DNA of 64,000 nucleotides, from assembly GCA_965285935.1 (NCBI GenBank), contig OZ260662.1, positions 70,742,001 to 70,806,000 of the forward strand. The letters are read 5' to 3'. The translations under genes were made by a program, and so were the position numbers. The notes below the pieces were generated by a model that was not told the origin of the DNA, did not search any database, and was given only the letters and a program-made list of their open reading frames with translations. The stretch comes from Ophelia neglecta (lineage: Eukaryota). Of the stretch, positions 52,401-61,900 are shown piece after piece. The stretch's first letter is position 1. Each line of letters opens with the position of its first letter.

Positions 52401-55400
52401 GTTTAAAAAAAGAATTTTAGTGAATGTAGAATGTTTTAATATTGGGGCTGATAATATATCCTCTGTGCCACAGTCCAAAACTTGTATTTATATTTTACAT
52501 AATGAACAGTGGCCATTGATTTCCTAGCTGTTATATTTTGACAATTAAAATTAACTCACCTAATTTATTTTTTAAACATCTTCATTAAATTTCCAAAACA
52601 ATTAGTGCACAAAATGTATCTTTTAATTACATTACAAGGACAACTAGAGAGAATAAGTTCCAATATACTACAATACAGTATGATGTATGTATAGCATTGA
52701 AAATTTACATGTGATAACCTGTGATAACATTTGAAGGATGCAGGACAGTTCCCTAGCTAGAGACATCTCTCTTAATTCACCCAACCTGCAATACAATTCG
52801 CCATCTGGTGGGCATCGCAGAACTACAATCGCGCAATGCATTGCGGGAAAAAAGTTGACCAAAACAGTAGGCGTACCCAAGCTGTCATAAACATTGCATG
52901 GCGTCTTACATGGTCTGCTGAGATCGTCGCGGTATAACGTTATTTTGAGGTTACAAACGAATGAAAGGAAGATGGTGTTTATCTGCGAGGCAGCAGAGTG
53001 CTTCTCCCATAGCAGAAAAATTAACCATCTGGACAAGTATCCTTGGATGGCAGAAATATCTTGGGTTAAATGGGCCCGAGACGACCCAGCAGCCGTGGCA
53101 AGATGGCGGCGCCTGGTACGAAGAGAAGGCAAATCGTCGAAGGAAAACAGCATGATCGTGGACAAATTAAATATAAACAAAAGATCTAGACTGTGTTCAA
53201 GGCACTTTGACCCAGAACAATTGAACACTTATCGAGGAGTCGCCATCTGAGATCCCAAATACTTCGCGTGGAATAACTGGGGACAGCCTGTCAGGCCACG
53301 AGCGGTGTCAGCCCTGAGAAAGCTACACGCCTCCCGAATGTTGACAGATGTCAAACTGCGCGGCAGACTGCAAAAGTAACTCGCGAAAAGTGGTCGACAA
53401 GGAAGTCCAAAAACCATAATTCTGCGATGCCCACCAGATGGCGAATGGTATTGCAGGTTGGGTCAATTGGTCCAGGTGTTTGAGGACAGATCCCCAGGTC
53501 TAGGTGTTTAGGACAGTTCCCCGGTCTAGGTGTTTAGGACAGTTCCCGGGTCTAGATATTTAGGACAATTCCCCAGTCTAGGTTTTAAGGACAGCTCCCT
53601 GGGTCTAGTTGTTTAGGACAGTTCTCTGGGTCTAGGTGTTTAGGACAGCTCTCTAGGTTTAGGTGTTTAGGACAGCTCCCTGGGTCTAGGTGCTTAGGAC
53701 AGCTCCCTGGGTCTAGGTGTTTAGGACAGCTCCATGGGTCTAGGTGTTTAGGACAGCTTCCCGGGTCTAGGTGTTTAGGACAGTTCTCTGGGTCTAGGTG
53801 TTTAGGACAGTTCTCTGGGTCTAGGTGTTTAGGACAGATCCCCGGGTCTAGGTGTTTAGGACAGCTCCCTGGGTCTAGCTGTGTATGGCTATTTCTAAGC
53901 CTGCAATGGTTTATCCATATGGTTTCACAAGTCCTTTATTATTCCCAGCTCGGGTCATGGCTGGAAATGCCCTGTACAGAACACCATGATTCTACATGCC
54001 CAGGCCATGTTCGAATGTGCAACCACTGTGATGTACCGAATGACCCTTTTATGACTTGAGCAAATTGGAGCTGTCAAACACGTGCAGTCCTAAACAATTG
54101 TGTCCTGTCTTAATACCCAACTACACCAGCAGTCCAATAACAAAAAAACAAACATTGACATAGTTACAGCTCAACAACAATCAGTATAGTAAAGGCACAT
54201 CAACATCAAGTGATAATCTCCCTGCATGAAAAAGAACTGGTCATTTCCAAATGAACACCAAACATACACTGTACATGTATTAGAGGGAAGGCTGCCAATC
54301 TTCAGTCTCCAAGCAGTAGATTACATATGTGATCATCGGCTGTTAATCCAAAATATAAGAAATCAGAGCATGGGCTTTATACAGTATAAACAGTCGAAAA
54401 TCTACCCAGCATGCAGAAGAGAGGGCACATAAAGGCTTTATCAGCAAAGTACAGCGGGAACCCAGCCCGAGGTAAGAAGAGAACGTCCTATCCAACCACC
54501 AGTGACCTGCACATAATCAAGGGGGGGGGGGGGGGGAAGCATAGTGTCAGCATGGGTTCTATAGACAAGGCTTGTTACCAGCAAATTGCCATTAATGCTA
54601 ACAGACTTGCAGAATTGTTACAATGACAGCTTGCTAGAAGATTTGGCAATTTTGGATTTCTCCAAAGGATGCAACGTGGGGTCGCCCTGGAATCTTGCTG
54701 AGAAACCAAGTCATTATAAAATAGCATGGAGTCCTGGCTGGATGGGTAGAAGGATTTTTGGCACAACAGGCCAGAAAGTTATAGTGGATGTCCTATCTTC
54801 TTCTACTGTCCCATTACCCTCAGGAGTGCCACAAGGCACCTGCCTTGGTCCGGGTCCCATACACTTTCTTTGTTACATTTATGAAATTGAGGACATGAAA
54901 CTCATTATTTGCAGTTAATATACTCTTAATAGCTAGTTCGAAACAAAAAAGATCACCAAATTTTACAAGAAGACTTATGAACATTAATTTCTATTCCATA
55001 GAAAGATTTATTATGTGAGATTCCTGGGGAAATAAAATGCTACACTTCTACTAAAGTCTAAAAACATGCATCCAGGATGATCAGTAGGAATAAGAACGAA
55101 ACTGAAATTGTGATTGGCATGATTAGGGGACTGGGGTGGGAGCTATTGGAGGAAAGAAGGAAACAAACAGACTGTTTCTTATGTACCAAATTTTAAATTG
55201 ACTTATTCAGATTCAAGTCCAGGAAGATCTTAAGCAGGGATGGAGAGAGTGCTACATTCATATCAAAGCAAATTTCCACCCCTGTCAACATTGATTTTAC
55301 TCAAAAACAATAAGAATTGAAATAATGTTCCCACAGAGGCTATATCTGCTGATTTACTAAAGGCTTTAATAAAAGGCTTGCAACAAAACAGTTCTGGTGT

Positions 55401-58400
55401 TGCCAGCATCCAGCGACACTCCTTCTTCAGGCATCACTGTGAGTTGGTTACGGATCTTTGTGATTATATTACCAGAACCAGAAAATTTCTCTGAAAATGG
55501 TAACAATTAATACAATAAAGTGCAGATATACAAATGATTAAATCAACAGAAGAAAAGAGTGAAGTGATATGGAAAGGCATCTGTTGCACTCAGCTGCTAT
55601 TGTTTGGGCTGCTGTATCCACTATATCATTGCTTTAGTTGGCTGATTGTCAATCTGCTTGAGAATCTGGCTTTTCCCTAAGTAGTATAGCTAAGAAGGTA
55701 GCAAAGAGGCTGAAATTTAAGGACAAAGTGTCTGCCCTTGAATGTACTGATACACTTTTGGTACATGTTTATCCCTATATATTTGGATGCCATAGCAATG
55801 CAAACAAATAAAAGTATTTTTATAACTCCTTATACGTTCTTAGTTTCAACAGGAATACATTTAAATGTATGGCCTGGTACACTTTTTATTCGATTCCTGT
55901 TGGTGAAGCTTTATATCATAATGCACAAATTTAACCAAATATAACCAAATATAACCATGCAGCCTTAATACCTTAATATACAAATTTTGGAATAAGGACC
56001 TCTGTCTGGATCCTCTGTCCAAGTCCTCCTTTCATAAACTTAATGAACAACTTAATCAACTTAATAATATTTGAAATATGTTGCTAGCATTTAGGAAGCC
56101 ATAACATTTGATTCCATTTCAGTGTATTTTATCAAATTTTATCAAAGTAATCTTAGACAGACATGTTTACTATCTCTTAATTGATGGAGAGCTTGCATTT
56201 CTAAACACCTTGTAGTACATTTCTTTCCTCTGGGGGCATGTTATTCGAATGGTCATGTTATATCTTGTTTTAAAAGCTGACATTTAAGAAGCTATGCAAA
56301 AGTAGGGAGCTTTCCTGAAAAGCCATAGAGGATCACCCCAAGTCCTTAGTTTACAGCAGTGAAATTGATATCTCTCTCTGATTAGAAATCTTATCAAGGT
56401 TTTTCTGTGCAATTGAAGAGATTGGTTGTGCTGTACAGGAAATCAGTATAAAAGAAGCAGTTAGTAGAAAGTAGTATAGGCAAAGATATCCACAGGCAAG
56501 GCAATCATTGTCTAAGTTTACCAATGTATGTGTACAGGTGGGTATGACATCAAGATAACCAATAAAGCTATGCAAAAATGACTTGCACATATCCTGTTGC
56601 TTGTTCATATAATCATGTGTACATTCTCAATATCATTTAGACCACTGAAATGTAATAAAGTGATTCTCAGTCACCACCTACCTCCTTCCATAATAATAAT
56701 CATACATTTTCTATGATGATTTTGTTTAAAAAAAGGTCACCACCTGCAACTAGAAAGCAAGAAGCAAAGGAAAAAGTCACCGCCTTCAGAAAAGACGGGT
56801 GTATAAATAAAAACTGCCCGCCTCTGTTGTGTTGAGTAAATATAAAAACAGAAATAAAACTAACTTCTTTGAGATAGGCAAGTCAACATAAAGAGTTGCT
56901 CATGATAGTCTAAATGCCTGTAAGGCAAGACAAGTGGAAATGTTAACATAAAGGAGGTATTAACACTGTACACATTTATTATTTATTTGCTTGAGCATTT
57001 CCATGCATTAATTTAGCAAAAAAACACGCAACAAAAACCTCCTGCTCTCACAGAATAATTCATGTGCAAGCAGATTCCTTCCCCCTCACTTCATAATACC
57101 TGTACTAAAAAACAGAAAAGAAAAAACCCGCCCTCCCCTTATTATTCTTGTGTAAAAAAAGCCCACACTCACCCTCTTGTTAACAAAAGTGCCTGAGAAT
57201 CCCACGTTTAACCCATTTGCTCCTAAACCATGATAAGCTAGAAGCTGACAAATTCATTCTTATGCGGTGGTTTAACATGGACAAACTTAGCTAGAAATCT
57301 GATTGTTTTTGGGTGTCATAGACATTGCATTTTTTTGTTAACTCCCTGATTTTTTTTGCATTGACTATCTGACATTAAAAATTTGATCCCCCTAGGGGGT
57401 GGGGGGGGGGGTCCTAGCTTGTGTTGTGGTTAGACTCTTTGGGTTTTGGTTCTTTGTGTGTTCCTCATTGAATTTGGAAAAAGGTCCCTATGATGTAGGG
57501 ACACCCCTAAAACTCCATGTAAAAGTGGCCCTTTAGTGCAGGTGGCCCTCAATGAGAGGTTATTTAGCATGGAAAAAGTAGGACATAGGGATTCAAAAAC
57601 TGTCCAGCCATCGCAGGTGGCCCTTCATCGGAGGGGGCCCTACATTGCAGGAACCACTGTAGTAATTAAAAAGCTATTCAGCTTGGCAGCTTTGTCATGG
57701 TGATTCCTAGTCCAGCTCCGGGCTTTCCTTATCAGATACTAGGTTCTTTGTTGGCTTCCAGATTTAATTGCCTCTTATATAACACTCGATACTCAGGACA
57801 TTAGTTATTGACAAATTTTTCTAAGAAGTCTTTGTAACTATATGTGATCCAATGCATATTTTGTCTACTACTATTTGACCATTTACAAGACAACCCATGA
57901 ATTGGTCTTTTTTTTTGCTTTAAACCAGTAAATATAGTTATATCAACCATTTCCACCCCCTAGTTTGGTGCATGCCATGTAAATCGGCTTGTATTTGTAT
58001 TTTACATGGAGGCAGACTAGTAATTTTGTGGCAGAGCAGCCATGAATAAAATGTCTTTATGACCTACATGTTGATGTACCAGCATGCCCAATATATGTAA
58101 TGGGCTTTTATTAAAAGACAAGAATAAACATATCCAACATACATGCACTTTTTGAGTTCATAGCCGTGGTGAAAGCTTGTGGCACTTAACCTTATGAGAA
58201 GACATCTAAGTGGCCGGTTGTGAGACCTATCAAAGCGCTTTCCAGTAAAGCTGGTGGCTTGCTTTTACCTGCTTTCAACAGTATCCGGTAGATCATTCAG
58301 AGAAACTAATGCTTTTGTCTCCAGAGAAGCTATGGTGTTTTTAAGAGGCAACATGCAGTGATTACTCCAGAGCTTTCATCTTTTGTCTTGCCCTTGTGTC

Positions 58401-58963
58401 TGTCTAAAAAGTACTAAAAGCACAACTTGAAAGAGAATATGATGAACACCTTGATCACAAGAGCAGAGTGGCTGAGATGAACACCAATATGATAATAAGT
58501 TAATTAATGCTTCTTTGTTTGATTCAGGCTCATTTTGCTGCTGAGTAATTAGACAGGTTGTTGCCAGCATGTCTCATTAATTCCAGTACAATAAAATCTG
58601 CAGCTATCATCCAGCTTGTTAATATCTCCAGTTCCCCTCAGGTGTTTCATCTTCAGATGCTCCCTCGGCCTCTCCTTACCTGTTACATCCATTAGTCCCT
58701 ACCTGTTACATCCATTGTTATAATTAATAAATGCCCAACAACATTATACCTGTATCATGGACTACAAAGATACAAACTGTATATCAGATCTATTCAAACA
58801 GAATTGAAGCTGTAATGTTATCCAAGCAATGTGATGATTGATATATATTTTGAATCATGCTATATAAAGATGTCATTTTTCAGGGTGGAGAATGGCTATG
58901 TGAACTTCAAGGTGGAGAAGAACCCCAATCACCTGAATGGTTCAGCAGTGGCTGTTCTAGCAT
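1319..58963 (+). CDS. PTPRN: IA-2/phogrin (PTPRN/PTPRN2-like) receptor-type tyrosine phosphatase, 5' part; join(1319..1421,25090..25140,43575..44375,47687..47734,48123..48182,49442..49579,49745..49861,51920..52040,52218..52304,58884..58963); continues 3'
   Basis: The spliced translation is open throughout. It gives a signal peptide, then GCRFSSVVCSWDEECVDDRLFGNCQ...LKRLEGEITRLLGEGFTWDNLYTQ (RESP18-homology pattern GCxF...C...C..D..FG.CQ and G(F/L)TW..xYTQ of the IA-2 family). Later it gives YAYLTVKP...LESLLGLPLGTFSDVRVENGYVNFKVEKNPNHLNGSAVA (IA-2 SEA-like ectodomain pattern). All introns are GT-AG with matching phases. Family recognised from memory of the motifs, not by search. Confidence 0.9.
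2971..3157. mobile_element. Tc1/mariner (Tigger-like) MITE remnant
   Basis: Right end CAGGTTTCACTG-TA; degenerate left end ...aaaacctg; repeated internal GGTGGYC/CTGGTC motifs. Related fragments occur at about 27807-27898 and 57500-57661. Confidence 0.5.
3290..4200 (-). mobile_element. Degraded LINE (L2/CR1-group) reverse transcriptase relic
   Basis: The minus strand reads KAFNTVDHNILLSKL (~4080-4120), ITCGVPQASIFGLLLFLICIHDM...LFLYVDVS (~3865-3985; GVPQGSxLGP and YADD motifs) and ANARFKFLNRK (~3565-3600), with frameshifts. Confidence 0.8.
4205..4316 (+). mobile_element. Possible 5'-truncated SINE 3' tail adjoining or inserted in the LINE relic
   Basis: Ends in aaaccccaaaaaccaaatccaatcc, resembling the tail of the SINE at 38.5 kb; locally CpG-containing. 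Confidence 0.3.
5570..5937. repeat. 23/46-bp minisatellite, array 1
   Basis: Alternating CAGCTCAAAATGTGGCTCATGAT and CAGCTCACAGTGGGGCTCAGGAC units. Confidence 0.95.
7428..7934. repeat. 23/46-bp minisatellite, array 2
   Basis: Same units as array 1; longer array. Confidence 0.95.
8976..9235. mobile_element. Truncated copy (left part) of the pogo-like MITE
   Basis: Starts TA-CCGTATTTCCCCTAATTTTCCGACC; matches 10920-11180, then breaks off at a T-run. Confidence 0.9.
9372..9878. repeat. 23/46-bp minisatellite, array 3
   Basis: Essentially identical to array 2 at an offset of 1944 nt. Confidence 0.95.
10920..11288. mobile_element. 369-bp Tc1/mariner (pogo-like) MITE, complete
   Basis: Perfect 25-bp TIRs (CCGTATTTCCCCTAATTTTCCGACC / GGTCGGAAAATTAGGGGAAATACGG) and a TA target duplication, confirmed by the empty site gtattagtTAattttacacgg at ~6933-6953. 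Confidence 0.95.
14780..15572 (+). mobile_element. Non-autonomous Helitron/Helentron-type (HINE/pearl-like) element, older copy
   Basis: Two ~151-bp tandem monomers (ctatggctgtgycaaatttgaaaaa at ~14863 and ~15014). The 3' part is homologous to 31040-31173 and ends in poly-C...GGCCTAGTTT. The 5' boundary is uncertain. Confidence 0.6.
22060..22350. repeat. ~30-bp degenerate minisatellite (ctggtatccacacccattttggt...)
   Basis: About 9 recurrences of ggtatccaMac-like cores; this explains the repetitive WYP ORFs in the ORF track. Confidence 0.85.
25090..25140 (+). CDS. PTPRN: IA-2 exon 2 (51 nt, GCRFSSVVCSWDEECVD; Cys-rich RESP18-homology N-terminus)
   Basis: Strong acceptor tactttttcttttgcag| and donor G|GTAAGT; phase 1-1; supplies the three Cys that precede FGNCQ in exon 3. 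Confidence 0.9.
29053..32037. mobile_element. ~3-kb non-autonomous TIR element (pogo/Tc1-mariner-like)
   Basis: 25-bp TIRs GGGTAGAGATGGGTAATTTTGCTCA (29053-29077) and TGAGCAAAATTACCCGTCACTACCC (32013-32037), 2 mismatches, each flanked by TA. Internal ~478-bp tandem duplication (gttagacctgtccct at 29146 and 29624) and many TTTGCTCA/TGAGCAAA motifs. No transposase ORF. Confidence 0.85.
30337..31173 (+). mobile_element. Helentron-associated (HINE/pearl-like) element nested in the 3-kb TIR element
   Basis: 5' hairpin ATATCCGC-gaaat-GCGGATAT (30342-30362), then (CCG)5, a satellite-like core and internal direct repeats. Subterminal IR pair TATATCCGCGAA (30341-30352) / TTCGCAGATATA (31118-31129); CTAGT end before TT. 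Confidence 0.72.
33760..33803. repeat. Imperfect (GAT)n microsatellite
   Basis: atgatgatgatgttgatgatgatgtgatgatggtgatgatgatg. Confidence 0.85.
34577..34696. repeat. 57-bp direct duplication (period 63)
   Basis: cagaaatttaaacaataataaaatacacctcttgaatttgaccttttcctatttatt occurs at 34577 and 34640. Confidence 0.9.
36324..36804. mobile_element. ~480-bp non-autonomous TIR element (P-like or hAT-like)
   Basis: 29-bp inverted repeats CAGAGATGTGTATACCCAGAGATTGGAAT and ATTCCAATCTCTGGGTGTATACATCTCTG (2 mismatches); flanks cactaac/cacaaac (7-bp near-duplication); CpG-rich interior. Confidence 0.75.
38287..38580 (+). mobile_element. tRNA-derived SINE
   Basis: A-box-like TGGCCGAGTAG and B-box-like GGTTCGCTTCT in a tRNA-like head; GC-rich body; (CAA)n tail; flanking direct repeat TAAAGCTG (38279-38286 and 38583-38590). 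Confidence 0.88.
40363..40573. other. Assembly gap (211 N) in intron 2
   Basis: Run of N. Confidence 1.
43575..44375 (+). CDS. PTPRN: IA-2 exon 3 (801 nt; rest of RESP18-homology domain plus acidic pro-region)
   Basis: Core of the 306-aa ORF 43496..44416; acceptor gcttttcttttcag|AT, donor AGTG|GTATGT; DRLFGNCQ...GFTWDNLYTQ motif. Confidence 0.92.
47687..47734 (+). CDS. PTPRN: IA-2 exon 4 (48 nt, GMQLPVPIAESEDKDT)
   Basis: Acceptor ttctaacag|, donor A|GTAAGT; phase 1-1; open frame. No homology support. Confidence 0.68.
48123..48182 (+). CDS. PTPRN: IA-2 exon 5 (60 nt, IPAYVAMTPKDAKLLGDLLQ)
   Basis: Acceptor gattttttccag|, donor AAG|GTAGAT; phase 1-1; coding-like composition. Confidence 0.72.
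49442..49579 (+). CDS. PTPRN: IA-2 exon 6 (138 nt, GNIRASELPDKEIERLTAYVDSMLRTISRMDSRELDEIEQYLESEQ)
   Basis: Within ORF 49360..49602; acceptor caatttttag|, donor AAG|GTGATC; phase 1-1; amphipathic helical, protein-like sequence. Confidence 0.78.
49745..49861 (+). CDS. PTPRN: IA-2 exon 7 (117 nt, DVKLPELHKAVKKEQ...APQEY; contains a KK candidate convertase site)
   Basis: Overlaps ORF 49747..50094; acceptor ...ttaagcag|, donor G|GTACGT; phase 1-1. Confidence 0.78.
51920..52040 (+). CDS. PTPRN: IA-2 exon 8 (121 nt, VDRLKDPHDHHFDDDMKPIPTSRPKYDSVAANYAYLTVKP; start of SEA-like domain)
   Basis: Acceptor ttctcctacctctcag|, donor AA|GTATGT; phase 1-2; YAYLTV corresponds to the YGYIVT strand of IA-2. 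Confidence 0.85.
52218..52304 (+). CDS. PTPRN: IA-2 exon 9 (87 nt, NTDDQEDAVLIVDTLESLLGLPLGTFSDVR)
   Basis: Acceptor cttttccattttag|, donor CAG|GTAAAC; phase 2-2; SEA-like helix and F..(I/V) motif. Confidence 0.85.
52777..53465. mobile_element. ~690-bp TIR mini-transposon carrying a THAP ORF (possibly ISL2EU/Harbinger-related)
   Basis: 52-bp inverted repeats 52774-52825 and 53417-53468 with 3 mismatches. The symmetric AATT outer ends are compatible with an AT target duplication. CpG-rich. Superfamily assignment is tentative. Confidence 0.88.
52972..53379 (+). pseudogene. THAP zinc-finger ORF (135 codons) with one in-frame TGA at 53248-53250
   Basis: MVFICEAAEC...KW...RWRRLVRR...SRLCSRHFDP matches the C2CH THAP signature (Cx4C, W, CxxHF). 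The frame continues after the TGA as DPKYFAWNNWGQPVRPRAVSALRKLHASRMLTDVKLRGRLQK*. Confidence 0.8.
53470..53878. repeat. 27-bp minisatellite (GGGTCTAGGTGTTTAGGACAGCTCCCT), about 15 units
   Basis: Head-to-tail repeats with a conserved TCTAGGTGTTTAGGACAG core and a variable pyrimidine-rich remainder. Confidence 0.95.
54560..55483 (+). mobile_element. Degraded LINE (CR1/L2-group) RT and 3' end
   Basis: AILDFSK (LDFSKAFD motif) and QKVIVD...SGVPQGTCLGP..FLCYI in ORF 54586..54918; LGWELLEERRK...LMYQIL at ~55125-55200; short ccagaa repeat tail at ~55472-55483; frameshifts and stops. Confidence 0.85.
56655..57210. mobile_element. Degenerate MITE
   Basis: Inverted pair GATTCTCAGTCAC (56662-56674) / GTGCCTGAGAATC (57189-57201) enclosing A-runs followed by CCGCC/CCACC motifs. 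Confidence 0.45.
57500..57661. mobile_element. Right end of a Tigger-like MITE
   Basis: Repeated (A)GGTGGCCCT motifs ending in GCAGGAACCACTG-TA. Confidence 0.5.
58884..58963 (+). CDS. PTPRN: IA-2 exon 10 (80 nt, VENGYVNFKVEKNPNHLNGSAVAVLA)
   Basis: Acceptor catttttcag|, donor T|GTAAGT; phase 2-1; aligns with the vertebrate V.gp.lTFr...N..NlS...V pattern, including an NGS sequon. Confidence 0.87.
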
Positions 58964-61900
58964 GTAAGTTATTGAAAAAAAAAAATCATCGTTTGCGAGT
59001 TTTAAAAATAGTATAATCATTATTATATTAGTTAAAAAAACATAGCTATCAGTCATGTTTCGTTATTTAGAACTAACTACTCACAGAATTACCTTCCGGA
59101 GTCTGAGGGTTTGTGATTTGTAAATGGAATATATCCTAGCCATAGCAGTATATACATGTACATATAGCAGCATTGATGGTCTGGCTGCTATTACCTTACA
59201 AGACGCAAAGCCATTAATATTCTGAAACCACCTGTTGAATTTGCACCTACACAACTGTATGGATGTACATCTAGATGTATATACCTTGCCCTGACAAGCT
59301 TATCATAGATATTTTGTGATTATGAAATTGCCACCTGCCGATCAATAATGAGATATGCCTGCTGAAAGTCTACACTCATTCATTCAAATGTGTATGTCAG
59401 AAATGTCACAATGGTTTCTTCAGCAGCACATTCAGACAGCTTGAGTCTAAATCGGCTTTTATCCTAGAATTTATGCGGCATGCTGCTTTATTGCTTATGC
59501 TGATTTGGGTATGGGCATCAGTATAAGGCTGGCCATGTCACATGGATGGCTGCCACCTGAGAAAATGATGGGTCAGCATCTTGAAGAAATTGATTTCTTC
59601 ATGCTCCTAATCTTCTTGAGGGTATTTTTTGATGCTGGCTAGATCTTGAGTAGCATTAGCCCCAGGTAATAACCAATGTGAATTTTGATAATGGGATACA
59701 TGGAAATCCTAGTCATTGTAATTACAGCATGACTTCCAAAAAAATGCCCAGGTATGGTATATTGTTCTTACTCTAAGATTTTGTACCACTTTGTTGATTA
59801 AGTAAATTTATTTATATAAATAATTAAGCCCGATGTATTTGGTCAGCTGGGATTGGTGATATTTGTAAGAAGGACTGCAGGTGCACAAGTTTTCTTTGGC
59901 ATCACCTGTCTTTTCCTGAGATTGAGTCTTTGTGCGCTGTAGGCTGTTGTGCCCAATAAGGAGCCACCAATTCCCCCTTGAAGCTGATATTGGAGCATGC
60001 TAAGACTGATGGGCAGCAGTCCAGATTAAGCCATCAGCAGAGGGATGCTACTTTACAAGATAGTGTCTTCTGCTTCAGCAAGAATGAGCTTGTAATTAAA
60101 TTCTGGGGAGTTGTTAAGCTTGCAAAGCGCAGATTTAATCCTGTTTTTCTAATCATTTTTTCTCCCAGGAATACTTTGCATAGTGATTTGAGCAGTTGCT
60201 GGCAAATTGTTTCGTAGCCTTTGAGTAACTGATTGCAGAAAATCAAAAGAACTTTCTAATGGCCCTACAGATGTATAATCTGAAAAAAATTATGCTGTTA
60301 ATATATGTAAGTGGCTGATGGAGGCTGGGTCGGTGTGATTAACATAGGTTTTTTTTTCTACCTGTATGAAAAGCTTCACTTCTGAGTGGGCATGCCAGAC
60401 GACAAAAATGAACTAGACTCAAGGTAGTGTGCTCAAGGTGAGTTTTAGCAGTAGTCTTGAGAGACAAAGACAAACTTCATTGTAGAACTAAGCTGATGTG
60501 GAGATGGGGTTATCATGTGGAAAAGTCCTTGTACAGCCGCATCTTTTCAAAGGTGCTCTCCAAGTTTTCTATTCCGTTAAATGCAAAGCATAATGAAAAA
60601 TGATGGGCATTGCCTTCATGTGAAGGTCAAAGGAAGCTTTTAGATTTACTGGCAGTCTTTGTACGGGCAGTAATGAGGGTTCTAGTTAGAATCCTCAGGC
60701 CTAACTCACTCTTTCATGAAATAGAAAAGAGGGAACCGATGCCCCAACCTTTGGCAACAAGCAGTCTCCCATGTGTGTCCTCTCCACAAGTGGACCCGGT
60801 CACTGCGGAGGTATCCCGATCGCTGAGGCCTTGAAGGTGGACCGAGTAGTCCTGCACTGCAGACTGGAAGTAATGAGGTTTGCTGTATTTGACTGCAGGT
60901 GGGAGAGAATTCTCCAGAGCTGAACGCATTAGAAGTGATTCTCTGGTAAAGGTCAAGGACCTTGTGGGGTTTCCACTTGAACACTACTACTGATTCCTGC
61001 TGTGATGAGATGGCACTTTGCTTGGAGACCAATTAATATTGAATTCCTTCTCCTGGAAAATATCACCTGTGTTAAAGGCACATAATTGAATGAGGTAGAA
61101 TTTATCAGTTGGTGGAAGACCACGGCACCAGTTTGTCACATTTACCCCTAGTAATCATTAGGCATTGAAAATAGAAAAAAAATCATTTTTTTCAACTTCA
61201 ATAAAAAATACAACTTAGCAGATTTAATCTTTAGATTGGATAAACAAATTTATCTTCTCTAACACTGCATTTGATAAGTTAGTGCTGATTTAACACATTT
61301 ATTTAAAATATTATGTTTAAAAGCATTTCCAATAGAAACAAGCTAGACGACAGAAAGCCATTGCTAAGAGCAAAATTCACCCAAAGCTGCCCTTGTCTTG
61401 GCATTGCTTGGAGGGACATTTGATAGGAATGTGATTTGGACAGACTAATGCCTGACCTTTCAGCCTCCAGGAAAGGCGATGGCTTCTTCTTGTGCATCAC
61501 ACTTCCCAATTCTGTGTGGCAACCCTGGTAAGGAAGGCTCTTGTAGTAACTCATGCTAACCTGGCACTAATCTTATTTTCTGCGCATCAGTAGGCCCACT
61601 GCACCTTTCAACAAAATCATATTTCAAGCATCGCCATCCTACACCTGATCGAATATCAACGGGTATGAAAGCATTCATCACAGAGGCCATCATTGAAGCT
61701 TTCTGCACTCCTAATACAATGTTCTCAACATGATGTTTGACACATGTTTTGCTGTATGTATACATGTATATAACCCTGAAATTAATATGAAATCAATAAT
61801 TTACCAAGATGTATATTTCCAGTGACACTGTGTCTTTTCTTTCCATTTGACTTGCCACTGCTAATAGGAGCTTGAGTCCCTCTGAAAAAGAAAAAAGTCA

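Noticed and set aside
52668-53228. 186-aa minus-strand ORF over the THAP element
   Set aside because: It is the antisense shadow of the GC-rich THAP frame, runs through the TIR into flanking DNA, and has no motifs.
53248-53250. In-frame TGA in the THAP ORF as selenocysteine or programmed readthrough
   Set aside because: It is not at a Cys ligand position and no SECIS-like structure was recognised. A point mutation is simpler.
53470-53878. 27-bp array next to a small ORF as a repeat-spacer (CRISPR-like) system
   Set aside because: The variable part is only about 8 nt and consists of point variants of one sequence, so this is an ordinary minisatellite.
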